Part shown: positions 27,760-37,152 of the stretch, one piece after another
Layout: each line of letters starts with the position of its first letter
Numbering within the stretch: the stretch's first letter is position 1
Source of the DNA: an uncultured Alphaproteobacteria bacterium
GTDB taxonomy: Bacteria; Pseudomonadota; Alphaproteobacteria; HIMB59; GCA-002718135
Assembly (NCBI GenBank): GCA_902518895.1
Contig: CABYHL010000002.1
Location: 8,680-72,679 of the forward strand
DNA: 64,000 nt
Direction of reading: 5' to 3'
Made by a program: the position numbers and the translations under genes
Notes under the pieces: generated by a model
Databases searched by the model: none
What the model saw: the letters and a program-made list of their open reading frames with translations, nothing else
Told to the model about the DNA's origin: nothing

Positions 27760-28752
27760 ATGAATGAAGAAGATTATGGCTATAGAAATGAAAAGGGTTT
27801 CTGGATACCTAATGAATTGCTAATACCAAAGCCAGTATTAAAAGATATTTTTAACTTAAATAAAATTTTTAAAAATATATTTGGTTTGCCGGGTTATCTT
27901 TTTCCATATAATATTTTGTGGGCCTTAATGGCACTTTTAGTTTGGTTTTATTTTACCCCAGACATTAAAACTATGAAAAATTTTAATGTTGATTGGTGTC
28001 TATACATTTATGTAAGGAATGCAGTCATTATTTTTTTATATACTAGTTTTTTTCATCTATATTTATATGTCTTTAAATTTCAGGATAATAATTTTAAATA
28101 CAATTTGAGCCCGCTAGAAAATAGAAGTTCAAAGTTTATATTTAAAAATCAATTTATTGATAATTTAATTTGGACTTTTTTAAGTGCTGTACCAATTTGG
28201 TCAGCCTATGAGATTACATTTTTTTGGATGTTTGCTAATGGTTATATTATATCAATTAATTTTGGATCAAATCCAATTTATTTTATTATATTATTTCTTT
28301 TGATACCCATTTTTCATAGTATTCACTTTTATTTTACACACAGACTACTTCACACAAAAATTCTTTATAATATTGCCCATAAAATACATCATCATAATAA
28401 TAATCCTGGACCTTGGTCAGGATTATCAATGCATCCGATTGAGCACATAATATATTTCTCAGGTGTTTTTATTTATTTATTAATTCCAGCGCACCCTTTT
28501 TTAATACTTTATCATATTTTCTATGCTGGAATTACACCTAATGCTGGTCACAGTGGTTATGATAAAATTATTTTTAAAAATGGAAAATGGCTACCATGTG
28601 GAGATTATATGCATTACCTGCATCATAAGTATTTTGAATGTAATTATTCATCAGGGAATACAACTTTTTTAGATTATATTTTTGGTACTTTTCACGACGG
28701 ATCAGATATTAGTACAAAAAAAACCTTAGATAGAATGAGAAAAAAAGTTTAG
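27760..28752 (+). CDS. Fatty acid hydroxylase/sterol desaturase-superfamily membrane di-iron enzyme (paralog A)
   Basis: 330 aa, multiple TM, His boxes 'HFYFTHRLLH', 'HKIHHHNNNPGPWSGLSMHPIEH' and 'HYLHHKYFECNY'. Confidence 0.75.
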   Translation: MNEEDYGYRNEKGFWIPNELLIPKPVLKDIFNLNKIFKNIFGLPGYLFPYNILWALMALLVWFYFTPDIKTMKNFNVDWCLYIYVRNAVIIFLYTSFFHLYLYVFKFQDNNFKYNLSPLENRSSKFIFKNQFIDNLIWTFLSAVPIWSAYEITFFWMFANGYIISINFGSNPIYFIILFLLIPIFHSIHFYFTHRLLHTKILYNIAHKIHHHNNNPGPWSGLSMHPIEHIIYFSGVFIYLLIPAHPFLILYHIFYAGITPNAGHSGYDKIIFKNGKWLPCGDYMHYLHHKYFECNYSSGNTTFLDYIFGTFHDGSDISTKKTLDRMRKKV

Positions 28753-29759
28753 CTTTTTTTACCAAATAATTTTTCATGAGTTACTTTAGTTCCATCATGA
28801 AAGGTGCCAAACCATTTGTCAAATGGATGTGTAATTTCACCATAGTTGCATTCAAAATACTTATGATGAAGATAATGATAGTATCCCGCACTTGGCACAG
28901 ATTTACCTGTTTTTGGGTTTACAATTAATCTTTCATAGCCTGAATGACCTTTTTGTGCACCAATGGTTGTATGAATTCCTTGATAAATAAAATGAATTGG
29001 ATGTGACGGAATAATAAAATGTACAAGTATAGTTGTAAGATAAAAAAAATGCTCAACTGGATGCATCGATAGTCCAGACCAAGGACCGACATTTACATTT
29101 TTATGATGAAGATAATGGAACCATTTATATAAAAAACTAAAATGCATAATACGATGGAAAAAATAGAAATGAATATGTTGTATCATTGGTACAAACAAAA
29201 CTAACAGAACAAAATAAATTATTATGAAAGGAGAAGAAAACCAATCTTTAATAGGAAATAACATATAGTCATTTACAAAACACCATAACATTAAAGATTC
29301 ATAAAATGTTTGAATAGGTACGGCACTAAATAAACTCCAAAACATATTTTCTTTAGTTTGCGAACCAAATAGCCAATTTTTTCCCTTTCCTAATGGTCTT
29401 AAATTAAATCTGTATTGATCTTTTTGAAAGCGGTAAACATGAAGATAGTAGTGCCAAACACTAGAATAAATTAGTACAAAAATAAAGTTTCTAATAAATA
29501 TTATCCCAATCCAATTAAAGCTTAAAGTGGACAAAGTTTCGTAAGAAGGAAGCAGAAAAAGATATGAGAGTAACGCTAAACTAAAATGTAATGCTGCCCA
29601 TGGAAATATGTATCCATCTGATGGATGAAATAACCATTTTAAAAATTTTAGAGGTTTCGGAGGCCAAACAAGAAATGGGATTTTATTATGATCAAGTTTA
29701 CCAGGAGCCCAACCTCCTCCACTATTTATAAGTTCATCATTATTAATACTTGTTTTCAT
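28749..29759 (-). CDS. Fatty acid hydroxylase/sterol desaturase-superfamily membrane di-iron enzyme (paralog B)
   Basis: 336 aa, collinear with paralog A. His boxes 'HFYFFHRIMH', 'HYLHHKNVNVGPWSGLSMHPVEH' and 'HYLHHKYFECNY'. Confidence 0.75.
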   Translation of the reverse strand: MKTSINNDELINSGGGWAPGKLDHNKIPFLVWPPKPLKFLKWLFHPSDGYIFPWAALHFSLALLSYLFLLPSYETLSTLSFNWIGIIFIRNFIFVLIYSSVWHYYLHVYRFQKDQYRFNLRPLGKGKNWLFGSQTKENMFWSLFSAVPIQTFYESLMLWCFVNDYMLFPIKDWFSSPFIIIYFVLLVLFVPMIQHIHFYFFHRIMHFSFLYKWFHYLHHKNVNVGPWSGLSMHPVEHFFYLTTILVHFIIPSHPIHFIYQGIHTTIGAQKGHSGYERLIVNPKTGKSVPSAGYYHYLHHKYFECNYGEITHPFDKWFGTFHDGTKVTHEKLFGKKS

Positions 29760-29782
29760 ATGACAAAATATTAAAATTTAAA

Positions 29783-30544
29783 TTATACACTAACCCAACC
29801 ACCGTCAATTGAATAAGAGGAGCCAGTGATATTCTGAGCATCTTTAGAAATTAGAAAATTTACTAAAGACGCGATTTCTTTACCGCTTACAAATTTTTGA
29901 TTAGGATGCTTTTCAAAAAGTAAATTCTTTTTTTCTATTTCTATTGAAGTTTTATTTTTAGATGCTAGTTTTTTTATTTGTTTTTCTACTAAAGGTGTAA
30001 GTACCCATCCTGGACTTATAGCATTACAAGTAATTTTGGTTTTAGATAATTCTAACGCAATTGCTTTAGTTAATCCAATCAGACCGTGCTTGGAAGCTAC
30101 ATAAGCTGATTTGTTTTCTGAAGCTACTAATCCGTGTACTGAGGATATATTAATAATTCTGCCTGAATTATTCTTTTTCATTACGGGAATAATATATTTA
30201 GAAGTTATAAAACTACTTGTTAAATTTATATCAATAACTTTTCTCCATTCATTTGTTGGAAAATTTTCTATTTTAGAAATATATTGAATGCCAGCACAAT
30301 TAATCAATATATCGATTGTTTTAAACTTAGAAATAATTTGTTGAATTTTTTTTTCTGTTTTTTTAATTTCTAAAAGATCAACTTCAAAATAAAAAATATT
30401 TTTTTTAATTTTTTTAAAATTTATTTTAAAATCTTTTTTTAAAGTTTTATCTAAAATTATTATGTTGAAATTTTTTTTTTCAAAATAATGGACTATTTCT
30501 AGGCCAATACCACCCGCACCACCTGTAATTAAAATATTTTTCAT
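29783..30544 (-). CDS. SDR-family oxidoreductase (3-hydroxybutyrate-DH-like; candidate 2-keto-3-deoxy-L-fuconate dehydrogenase)
   Basis: 253 aa with 'TGGAGGIG', catalytic 'YVASKHG' and C-terminal 'IDGGWVSV'. Last gene of the L-fucose operon. Confidence 0.8.
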   Translation of the reverse strand: MKNILITGGAGGIGLEIVHYFEKKNFNIIILDKTLKKDFKINFKKIKKNIFYFEVDLLEIKKTEKKIQQIISKFKTIDILINCAGIQYISKIENFPTNEWRKVIDINLTSSFITSKYIIPVMKKNNSGRIINISSVHGLVASENKSAYVASKHGLIGLTKAIALELSKTKITCNAISPGWVLTPLVEKQIKKLASKNKTSIEIEKKNLLFEKHPNQKFVSGKEIASLVNFLISKDAQNITGSSYSIDGGWVSV

Positions 30545-30565
30545 TATTAAAATTATAAATGAAAA

Positions 30566-31390
30566 TTAAAGATTGTAAAAATTTTTTGCATTTAATGAAA
30601 AAATTTTGTTTTTTTCATCTTCCGAAAAAGAGGAGCAATAATCCATAGCTAAATCAAACCAATTTCCATATGAATCTGCCATAGTTAATACGGGCCAATC
30701 ACTTCCCCACATTAATTTATCTGGACCAAATAAATTGAGAATAAAATCTATATAAGGATCTAATTGATTTTTTTTATAATCTTTACCCACTTCAGTAACA
30801 ATTCCTGAAAATTTACAATGAACGTTATTAGCCTTTGATAATTCAGTCATATCTTTTTTCCATTCATCAATTTCTGAATTTATTATGACGGGTTTAGCAA
30901 TATGATCTATTACGACTGGTAGAAAATCATATTTATTTACAAATTTTATTAGGTGCTTAAGATGATTTGGCCTAACTAAAGCGTCAAATGTTAAATTTTT
31001 TTTATTCATATATTTTAAATTTTCACTGAGATTTTCTTTTAACATCCATTCGTCATCTTGAATATCATGTATCATTGGTCTGAAACCTTTTAAAAAATTA
31101 CTTTCACAAAGTTTATCAATATCATCCTTAGCTTTATCGTTATCTAAATCAACCCAACCAACAACACCTGCAATAAAATCATGCTTGGATGCTAAACTTA
31201 AAGTGAATTCTGTTTCTGCTACTGTATCCGCTGCTTGAACAATAACTGTTTGGGTTATATTTTTATCTTTAATTAACGGTTCAAGATCTTCCGGAAAAAA
31301 ATCTTTATATAAAACTTTCATATCTGGAGTCATCCATGAATAATCTCCTCTTGAAAGTTTCCAAAAATGTTGATGACTATCTACGTACAT
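30566..31390 (-). CDS. Amidohydrolase_2 family lactonase (candidate L-fucono-1,5-lactonase)
   Basis: 274 aa with N-terminal 'VDSHQHFW', plus 'DHIAKP' and 'WGSDWPV' motifs of the metal-independent amidohydrolase-2 lactonases. It abuts the fuconate dehydratase gene. Confidence 0.72.
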   Translation of the reverse strand: MYVDSHQHFWKLSRGDYSWMTPDMKVLYKDFFPEDLEPLIKDKNITQTVIVQAADTVAETEFTLSLASKHDFIAGVVGWVDLDNDKAKDDIDKLCESNFLKGFRPMIHDIQDDEWMLKENLSENLKYMNKKNLTFDALVRPNHLKHLIKFVNKYDFLPVVIDHIAKPVIINSEIDEWKKDMTELSKANNVHCKFSGIVTEVGKDYKKNQLDPYIDFILNLFGPDKLMWGSDWPVLTMADSYGNWFDLAMDYCSSFSEDEKNKIFSLNAKNFYNL

Positions 31391-32677
31391 TTATTTCCAA
31401 TATTTTCCATTATTATAATCAAACTCATTAAGAGAACTATCCTTTATTTTTACTGAGTATCCTGGATTTGTTGGGGTTACATATCCACCATCTTTTATTA
31501 TTGCTGGATTTACAAAATGTTCAGAGCAGCTTTCAGCATATTCACTTAATAATAAATCGTGATTAGATATTATAAACTTATTAATTAGATTAAGATGTTG
31601 AACATATTCACATAAACCGACGCCGCCAGCGTGAGGAATAACTGGGGTATTATACTTACTTGCTATTAAAAGAACTGGTAAAATTTCATTAATACTTGCA
31701 ATTCTACAGCTATCAATTTGACAATAATCTAAAGATTTATTTTCTATAAATTGTTTAAACATAACTTTATTTTGTATCATTTCTCCAGTTGCTAGGTTAA
31801 CATCTGGATGTGCATCTTTAATTTTTTTAAAACCTAATACATCATCAGGATTAGTTGGTTCTTCATAAAATAAAATATCAAATTGTTTTAATTTTCCAAT
31901 ATTTTCAATTGTCTCATTAACACTCCATATTTGATTTGAGTCTACCATCAATTTATTGTCATTACCTATTAATTCTCTTACTAACTTACAGCGATGAATA
32001 TCCCTTTCTATATCTTGACCAACTTTCATTTTAAAATGAGTCCAGCCCTTAGATAAATTTTCTTGAACTAGCCTTTTCATTTTTTCATCTGAATATCCTA
32101 ACCATCCTGCAGCTGTTGTATATGCTGGAAAAATAGTAGAATTTAAATCGTCTAAATTTGAAGGTAGATTTGTTTTTTTCTGATTAATTATTTTAGCCGC
32201 TTCATCTTTAGTGATGACATCATCAATATAAGAAAAAGAAAGTTTATCTAATAAATCTCTTGTTTCTAATTCTATTATGTATCTCCATAGTGGCTTTTTA
32301 TGGAATTTAGAAATTAAATCCCATATTGCATTAAAAAAAGCTGCTGCTGCAAGATGTGTAACACCTTTTTGTGGTCCTACCCAACGCAATTGACTGTGGT
32401 TTGTAATTTTTTCCCATATCGATGCAATATTCTTTTCTATTTCCTGAATATCTTTTCCAATTATAAATTCTTTGAAATATTCTATGACTGTACAACAAAG
32501 ATCATTACCCTTTCCAATTGTAAAAGTTAGACCAATACCATTTAAATCTTCTTGATCTGTAAATATTGTCACGTAGGTTGCAGAGTAATCACAATCTACA
32601 TGAACTGCATCAGTCCCCAAATTATCTTTTGAGGTTGGAAAACGAATATCCTGAGTTTTAATATCAATTATTTTCAT
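31391..32677 (-). CDS. L-fuconate dehydratase (enolase superfamily)
   Basis: 'DIRFPTSKDNLGTDAVHVDCDYSATYV' matches the FucD/ENOSF1 N-terminal signature, and length is about 428 aa. The ATG at 32677 is preferred; it forms an ATGA overlap with the upstream AKR stop. Confidence 0.8.
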   Translation of the reverse strand: MKIIDIKTQDIRFPTSKDNLGTDAVHVDCDYSATYVTIFTDQEDLNGIGLTFTIGKGNDLCCTVIEYFKEFIIGKDIQEIEKNIASIWEKITNHSQLRWVGPQKGVTHLAAAAFFNAIWDLISKFHKKPLWRYIIELETRDLLDKLSFSYIDDVITKDEAAKIINQKKTNLPSNLDDLNSTIFPAYTTAAGWLGYSDEKMKRLVQENLSKGWTHFKMKVGQDIERDIHRCKLVRELIGNDNKLMVDSNQIWSVNETIENIGKLKQFDILFYEEPTNPDDVLGFKKIKDAHPDVNLATGEMIQNKVMFKQFIENKSLDYCQIDSCRIASINEILPVLLIASKYNTPVIPHAGGVGLCEYVQHLNLINKFIISNHDLLLSEYAESCSEHFVNPAIIKDGGYVTPTNPGYSVKIKDSSLNEFDYNNGKYWK

Positions 32678-33675
32678 ATTGGGCATCTTTCATCAATTAA
32701 TTTTTCATTAAGTAAATCTTTCCATAAATCTTCAGGAATAGGAAAATTTAAATAATCTAAATTTTGCTTTACTTGCTCCACTCTATCCATCCCCAAAATC
32801 ATGGAAGTGACAAGTTTATTTGTGTAACAAAATTGAATTGCTGCTGCTGGAACAGGTACCTCATATTTTTTACATATATTAGCAATTTTTAAGTATCTTT
32901 GTTTAACTTCTTCAGGAATTTTATCATAAAAGTAGGTAATATTTTCACCCACACCTTTAGCTAAAATTCCAGAATTAAAAATTCCAGCAAGAATAATGCC
33001 TATGTTGTTTTTTTCAGCAATTGGGAAAAAATCATTTAAAGCATTTTGATCTAATAATGAATATCTACCTGCTAGAACCATGCAATCAAAATCGCCAGCA
33101 TTAGCAAATCTTGCACATATATCAGAATCATTTACACCTACGCCAATAGCCTTAATTACTTTTTCTTCTTTTAGTTTTTGAACGGCTTTATATGCTCCAT
33201 CCATTGCTAATTTAAAATAATGATCAACCTCGTCACCAAAATTAAATCGATCTACATCATGAATTAAGCAAATATCTACTTTTGAAACAGCTAATCTTAG
33301 CAATGATTGTTCAAATGCTCTCATCACACCATCATAAGAATAATCTAAATTAGGAGAAAAATTTAAACTTCCTGCAAATCTTCCCCTATCTATACTTTCT
33401 TTTTTTGCTGGAGTAAGATACCTGCCAACTTTAGTTGATAAAAAATAACTTTCTTCATCTACAGTTTTTAAAAAGTTACCTAATCTGTGTTCACTTAAAC
33501 CATAACCATAAAGCGGAGATGTATCGTAAATATTAATACCCTCGTTATAGGTTTTTTCTAGAATATCATAACAATTTCGTTCATCGAGATTTTCAAACAA
33601 ATTACCTAAAGGTGCTCCGCCAAATCCTATAGCGGTTAAGTTTATATTTGTATTTCCGAGTTGTCTTTTATTCAT
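32674..33675 (-). CDS. Aldo/keto reductase (candidate L-fucose / D-threo-aldose 1-dehydrogenase)
   Basis: 333 aa AKR fold ('GFGGAPLGN', 'DTSPLYGYGLSE', 'LIHDVD'). Operon context with FucD and the lactonase. Confidence 0.75.
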   Translation of the reverse strand: MNKRQLGNTNINLTAIGFGGAPLGNLFENLDERNCYDILEKTYNEGINIYDTSPLYGYGLSEHRLGNFLKTVDEESYFLSTKVGRYLTPAKKESIDRGRFAGSLNFSPNLDYSYDGVMRAFEQSLLRLAVSKVDICLIHDVDRFNFGDEVDHYFKLAMDGAYKAVQKLKEEKVIKAIGVGVNDSDICARFANAGDFDCMVLAGRYSLLDQNALNDFFPIAEKNNIGIILAGIFNSGILAKGVGENITYFYDKIPEEVKQRYLKIANICKKYEVPVPAAAIQFCYTNKLVTSMILGMDRVEQVKQNLDYLNFPIPEDLWKDLLNEKLIDERCPI

Positions 33676-35176
33676 GAATATTCCTCATAATTGATGAACT
33701 CATTTCTTCATAGCTATGATTATTTATTGTTTCACCAACTACTTTAAAATCTTTCATCGTTATAATTCTATCAGCTAAACTAATCATTTCAGGCATATCA
33801 CTAGTTATTAGAATAATCGATGTACCTTTTAAAGATAGTTCAATAATTAATTCATGAAGGTAAGATTTTGTTTTTATATCAATACCAACTGTAGGTTCAT
33901 CAATAAATAATATATCAGTTCCAGAAGCAAGCCATTTAGCTACACTAATTTTTTGCTGGTTACCTCCAGATAAATTAGAAACGATTTGTTGATATGAAGG
34001 TGTTTTTACTTCAAGTTGTTTCACATATGGATCTACTTTATTATAAACTATTCTATCATTTAAAAAGGATAATATTTTTTTCAAATTTGACCAGACTGTT
34101 ATTCCAGCATTGGATAAAACATCATGCATTAGAATTAGTCCTTCTTTTTTTCTGTCTTCACTTATGTATCCAATTTTATATTTTTCTAGCGCATCTTTTG
34201 GAGATTTAATTTTAATTTCTTTATTGTTGAGTAAAATTTGTCCAGAATTAATTTTATCAAGCCCAAGGACACATTTTATTAATTCCGTTCTTCCTGCCCC
34301 AACTAAACCGTACAATCCAAGTATTTCACCTTTTTTTAAATTTAAATTAATATTTTTATGACCAAGGTCAGTGTTTATTGATTGTAGATCTAGTAAATTT
34401 TCATCCGTAAAATCAATATCCTTCTTAGATTTAATTATTTGCTCATCCCTACCAATCATTAATTTAACAAGTTTCTGTCTGTTAAGATTAGTGATTTGTT
34501 CAGATTCACAAGCATTTTTACCATCTCTCAAAACAGTGACTTCATCACAAATTTCAAATACTTCCTCTAATTTGTGACTAACAAAAACTATACTTACATC
34601 TTGCTCTGCAACTAATCGTTTAAGTAATGCAAATAAATTTTTTGTATCTTGTGGGGATAATGATGAAGTTGGCTCATCTAATAATAGTATTTTTGACTCT
34701 AAGGATAAAGCTTTAGCTATTTCACACAGTTGCATTTTTGCAACTGTTAAATCTGAGACTATAGTATTTGGGTCTATGTCCAACTCCATAATATCAAGCC
34801 ATTTTTTTGATTCTTTTGCAACAGTATTATAATCTATTAAACCTAAATTATTTTTAGGAAGGTTAGTTAACATTAAATTTTCACCAACTGAAAACCTCCT
34901 AATTAAATTTCTTTCTTGGTGCACAACTGAAATTCCAGCATTCATTGCTTCATTGGGTGACGAAAAAGACTTCTCTTGATTATTTAAAAATAGTTTTCCT
35001 TCATTTTGGTTATAAACTCCTGTTATAATTTTAATTAATGTAGATTTACCTGCTCCATTTTCACCAAGAAGTGCATGGATTGATTTTTTTTTGAGTTTAA
35101 AATTTGCATTATCAAGTGCTTTAACACCTGGAAAATTTTTTGTAATATTATTAAGTTCTAAAATATAATCACTCAT
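33668..35176 (-). CDS. Sugar ABC transporter ATP-binding protein (CUT2, duplicated NBD)
   Basis: 502 aa with two Walker A sites ('GENGAGKST', 'GLVGAGRTE') and signature 'LSGGNQQK'. Confidence 0.9.
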   Translation of the reverse strand: MSDYILELNNITKNFPGVKALDNANFKLKKKSIHALLGENGAGKSTLIKIITGVYNQNEGKLFLNNQEKSFSSPNEAMNAGISVVHQERNLIRRFSVGENLMLTNLPKNNLGLIDYNTVAKESKKWLDIMELDIDPNTIVSDLTVAKMQLCEIAKALSLESKILLLDEPTSSLSPQDTKNLFALLKRLVAEQDVSIVFVSHKLEEVFEICDEVTVLRDGKNACESEQITNLNRQKLVKLMIGRDEQIIKSKKDIDFTDENLLDLQSINTDLGHKNINLNLKKGEILGLYGLVGAGRTELIKCVLGLDKINSGQILLNNKEIKIKSPKDALEKYKIGYISEDRKKEGLILMHDVLSNAGITVWSNLKKILSFLNDRIVYNKVDPYVKQLEVKTPSYQQIVSNLSGGNQQKISVAKWLASGTDILFIDEPTVGIDIKTKSYLHELIIELSLKGTSIILITSDMPEMISLADRIITMKDFKVVGETINNHSYEEMSSSIMRNIHE

Positions 35177-36137
35177 CTGAAAAAACCTTTGTTCTTCTCT
35201 CTTCTCTATATTCTCTGTATCTATTTATAAATACTGCTAATAAAATCATAAAGCCTAAAAATATTTGAACAAAAAAAGGATCAATTTTAAAAATAACTAA
35301 AGCTTGAGAAATTATAGAAACTAATATCACACCAAAAGCAGTAGCAATAACATCTACTTTTCCTCCAGCCAGTATAGCGCCTCCAATTACTGGTGCAGCA
35401 AATGAAGGTAACAACCACGAATCTCCTATATTAGGTGTCCCAAGTTGTAATCTACAAACAACTAACATTCCACCTATGGCTGCCAATAGACCGGATACAA
35501 CATGAGCATAGATAACTATTTTTGTTGAAGATATACCTATTAATTCTGATGATTGAACATTATTACCATATGCTAGCATATATCTTCCAAGAGATGTTCT
35601 ATTCATTAAAATCCACATCAGAACAGTTATAATAATTGGAATGATTACTAAGTAAGGTATAGGGCCAAAGATTTTTGCGTTTCCAAAAAATTTTACAGCT
35701 TCGGGAATTTCATAAAAAGGTTGAGCCTCTGTTATTCCTAAATTCATTCCTTTAAAAATGTAAAGTGTAGCTAGGGTAATAATAAAAGCTGATATGCCAG
35801 TTTTAACGGTGATGTATCCATTAATAAAACCACAAGCAAGACCAATTAATAATCCAATAAGAACAGCAGGCAAAATAGACATACTATAAACTTCCATTAG
35901 GCCAGTAAATGAAATTGCAACTAAGCCTCCAATTGCTCCAACAGATAGGTTCATTTGACCAATTGCAATGATAATCATTTGTGACATTGCCACAACGAGC
36001 ATCAAACTAACACTCAGCATTAAAACATATAAGTTAAATGGAGAAATAAATGCAGGTTTAAACAATGAAATTAAAATTGAGCCAAAAATTAAAACTAAGC
36101 CAAGTCCAAACCAATCTTTTTTTAAAAGTGCGCTCAT
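35169..36137 (-). CDS. Monosaccharide ABC transporter permease (RbsC-type)
   Basis: 322 aa, about 9-10 TM, BPD_transp_2-like composition. Confidence 0.85.
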   Translation of the reverse strand: MSALLKKDWFGLGLVLIFGSILISLFKPAFISPFNLYVLMLSVSLMLVVAMSQMIIIAIGQMNLSVGAIGGLVAISFTGLMEVYSMSILPAVLIGLLIGLACGFINGYITVKTGISAFIITLATLYIFKGMNLGITEAQPFYEIPEAVKFFGNAKIFGPIPYLVIIPIIITVLMWILMNRTSLGRYMLAYGNNVQSSELIGISSTKIVIYAHVVSGLLAAIGGMLVVCRLQLGTPNIGDSWLLPSFAAPVIGGAILAGGKVDVIATAFGVILVSIISQALVIFKIDPFFVQIFLGFMILLAVFINRYREYREERRTKVFSDE

Positions 36138-37120
36138 GAAACAATTGAATTTTTAACAGTAAAATATTCTCTAGCTCTATCTAGAAGAACAGCTCCCAAT
36201 AATATAATGCCAAGAAAAAATCTTACCCAGAATTCACCAACATCGATTAGGTATAATCCATTATTTATTAATGTAACAAGAATTGCTCCTAGCATTGTTC
36301 CAAAAACTGTAACCTTGCCTCCAGAAAGAAGTGTTCCACCTAATACTGGAGCTAAGAAAGCTGGTAATAACCAATCAAATCCTAAATGACCAGCCATAGA
36401 CGGAATTGCAGCTCCAATTCTTGCTGTTAACATAATACCCGCAAGTGCTGCTAAGAAACCTGAAAGCATATGACAATAAATAAACATTCTATCTACAGAA
36501 ATACCTGATAATTCTGCAGCATCAGGATTAGCTCCAGCTGCAATAAGCTTTCGTCCAATATCAGTGTATTTAAATATGTAATAGAGAACAAAACAAGTAA
36601 GCACACTAATAATTAGTAATGGTGAAATATATTTGTTAAAAAGTTTTAAACTTCCAAAATCTGTAAAAGCCTCTGGTAATTTTCTAAATGCTTCTGCTTC
36701 AGTGAGCAAGGTCATGAAGCCAAAATAAATACTCATCGTTGCCAGTGTAACAATGAAACTGTGAACGCCCGTTCTGACAGTAACAAATCCATTAATCCAA
36801 CCTAGGAATGAACCAAAAGCTAAAACTAAAATAATAGTTAAAGAAATAGGAATCCCCATACTTTCCATACACCAACCACCAAACATTGCTGCAGAAACAC
36901 CTAAAGCACCTAGAGATAGATTTAAACCTCCAGTAAGGATAACTACCATCATTGCTAAACCAATCATTATATCCAGAGCGACTACTCTTGAGAGAGCATA
37001 AATATTAAATCTTGAAGTAAATCCATCAGTTGAAAAGGAAAAAATACAAATAAATACAATTACCAATATAAGTAAACCAAACTGATTAGTTTTTACAAAA
37101 TTAGGAATTTTATTATTCAT
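36134..37120 (-). CDS. Monosaccharide ABC transporter permease (RbsC-type)
   Basis: 328 aa, a paralog of the downstream permease. Its ATG directly follows a terminator U-tract. Confidence 0.85.
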   Translation of the reverse strand: MNNKIPNFVKTNQFGLLILVIVFICIFSFSTDGFTSRFNIYALSRVVALDIMIGLAMMVVILTGGLNLSLGALGVSAAMFGGWCMESMGIPISLTIILVLAFGSFLGWINGFVTVRTGVHSFIVTLATMSIYFGFMTLLTEAEAFRKLPEAFTDFGSLKLFNKYISPLLIISVLTCFVLYYIFKYTDIGRKLIAAGANPDAAELSGISVDRMFIYCHMLSGFLAALAGIMLTARIGAAIPSMAGHLGFDWLLPAFLAPVLGGTLLSGGKVTVFGTMLGAILVTLINNGLYLIDVGEFWVRFFLGIILLGAVLLDRAREYFTVKNSIVS

Positions 37121-37144
37121 AAAAAAAGGGGGCTTAATGCCCCC
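37121..37144 (-). terminator. Intrinsic-terminator-like hairpin inside the operon (GGGGGC-ATTAA-GCCCCC-U7)
   Basis: The minus strand reads TAA-AATAATAT-GGGGGC-ATTAA-GCCCCC-TTTTTTT-ATG. The stem is all G/C, and the 7-U tract abuts the permease start codon. Confidence 0.75.
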
Positions 37145-37152
37145 ATATTATT

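Noticed and set aside
28038-28048. A half-site, TATACTAGTT, identical to the right half of the GntR palindrome, inside hydroxylase gene A. A weaker GTATACTAGA lies at about 46399..46408.
   Set aside because: These are single half-sites within coding sequence. At 28038 it encodes L-Y-T-S-F. There is no dyad partner, so chance is the likely explanation.
33994-34577. Three plus-strand ORFs (71, 83 and 68 aa) antisense to the CUT2 ATPase gene. Comparable antisense ORFs lie at 35968..36156, 36207..36389, 37761..38102, 40588..40818, 42442..42654, 43558..43761, 44094..44327, 45519..45845, 45881..46069, 47511..47702, 47936..48214, 48985..49200, 51875..52060, 54278..54529, 54833..55027, 56719..56961, 57520..57732, 58140..58340, 58441..58635 and 58971..59159.
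   Set aside because: These are shadow ORFs of well-supported genes on the opposite strand or in another frame. None shows motif, start-context or spacing support.
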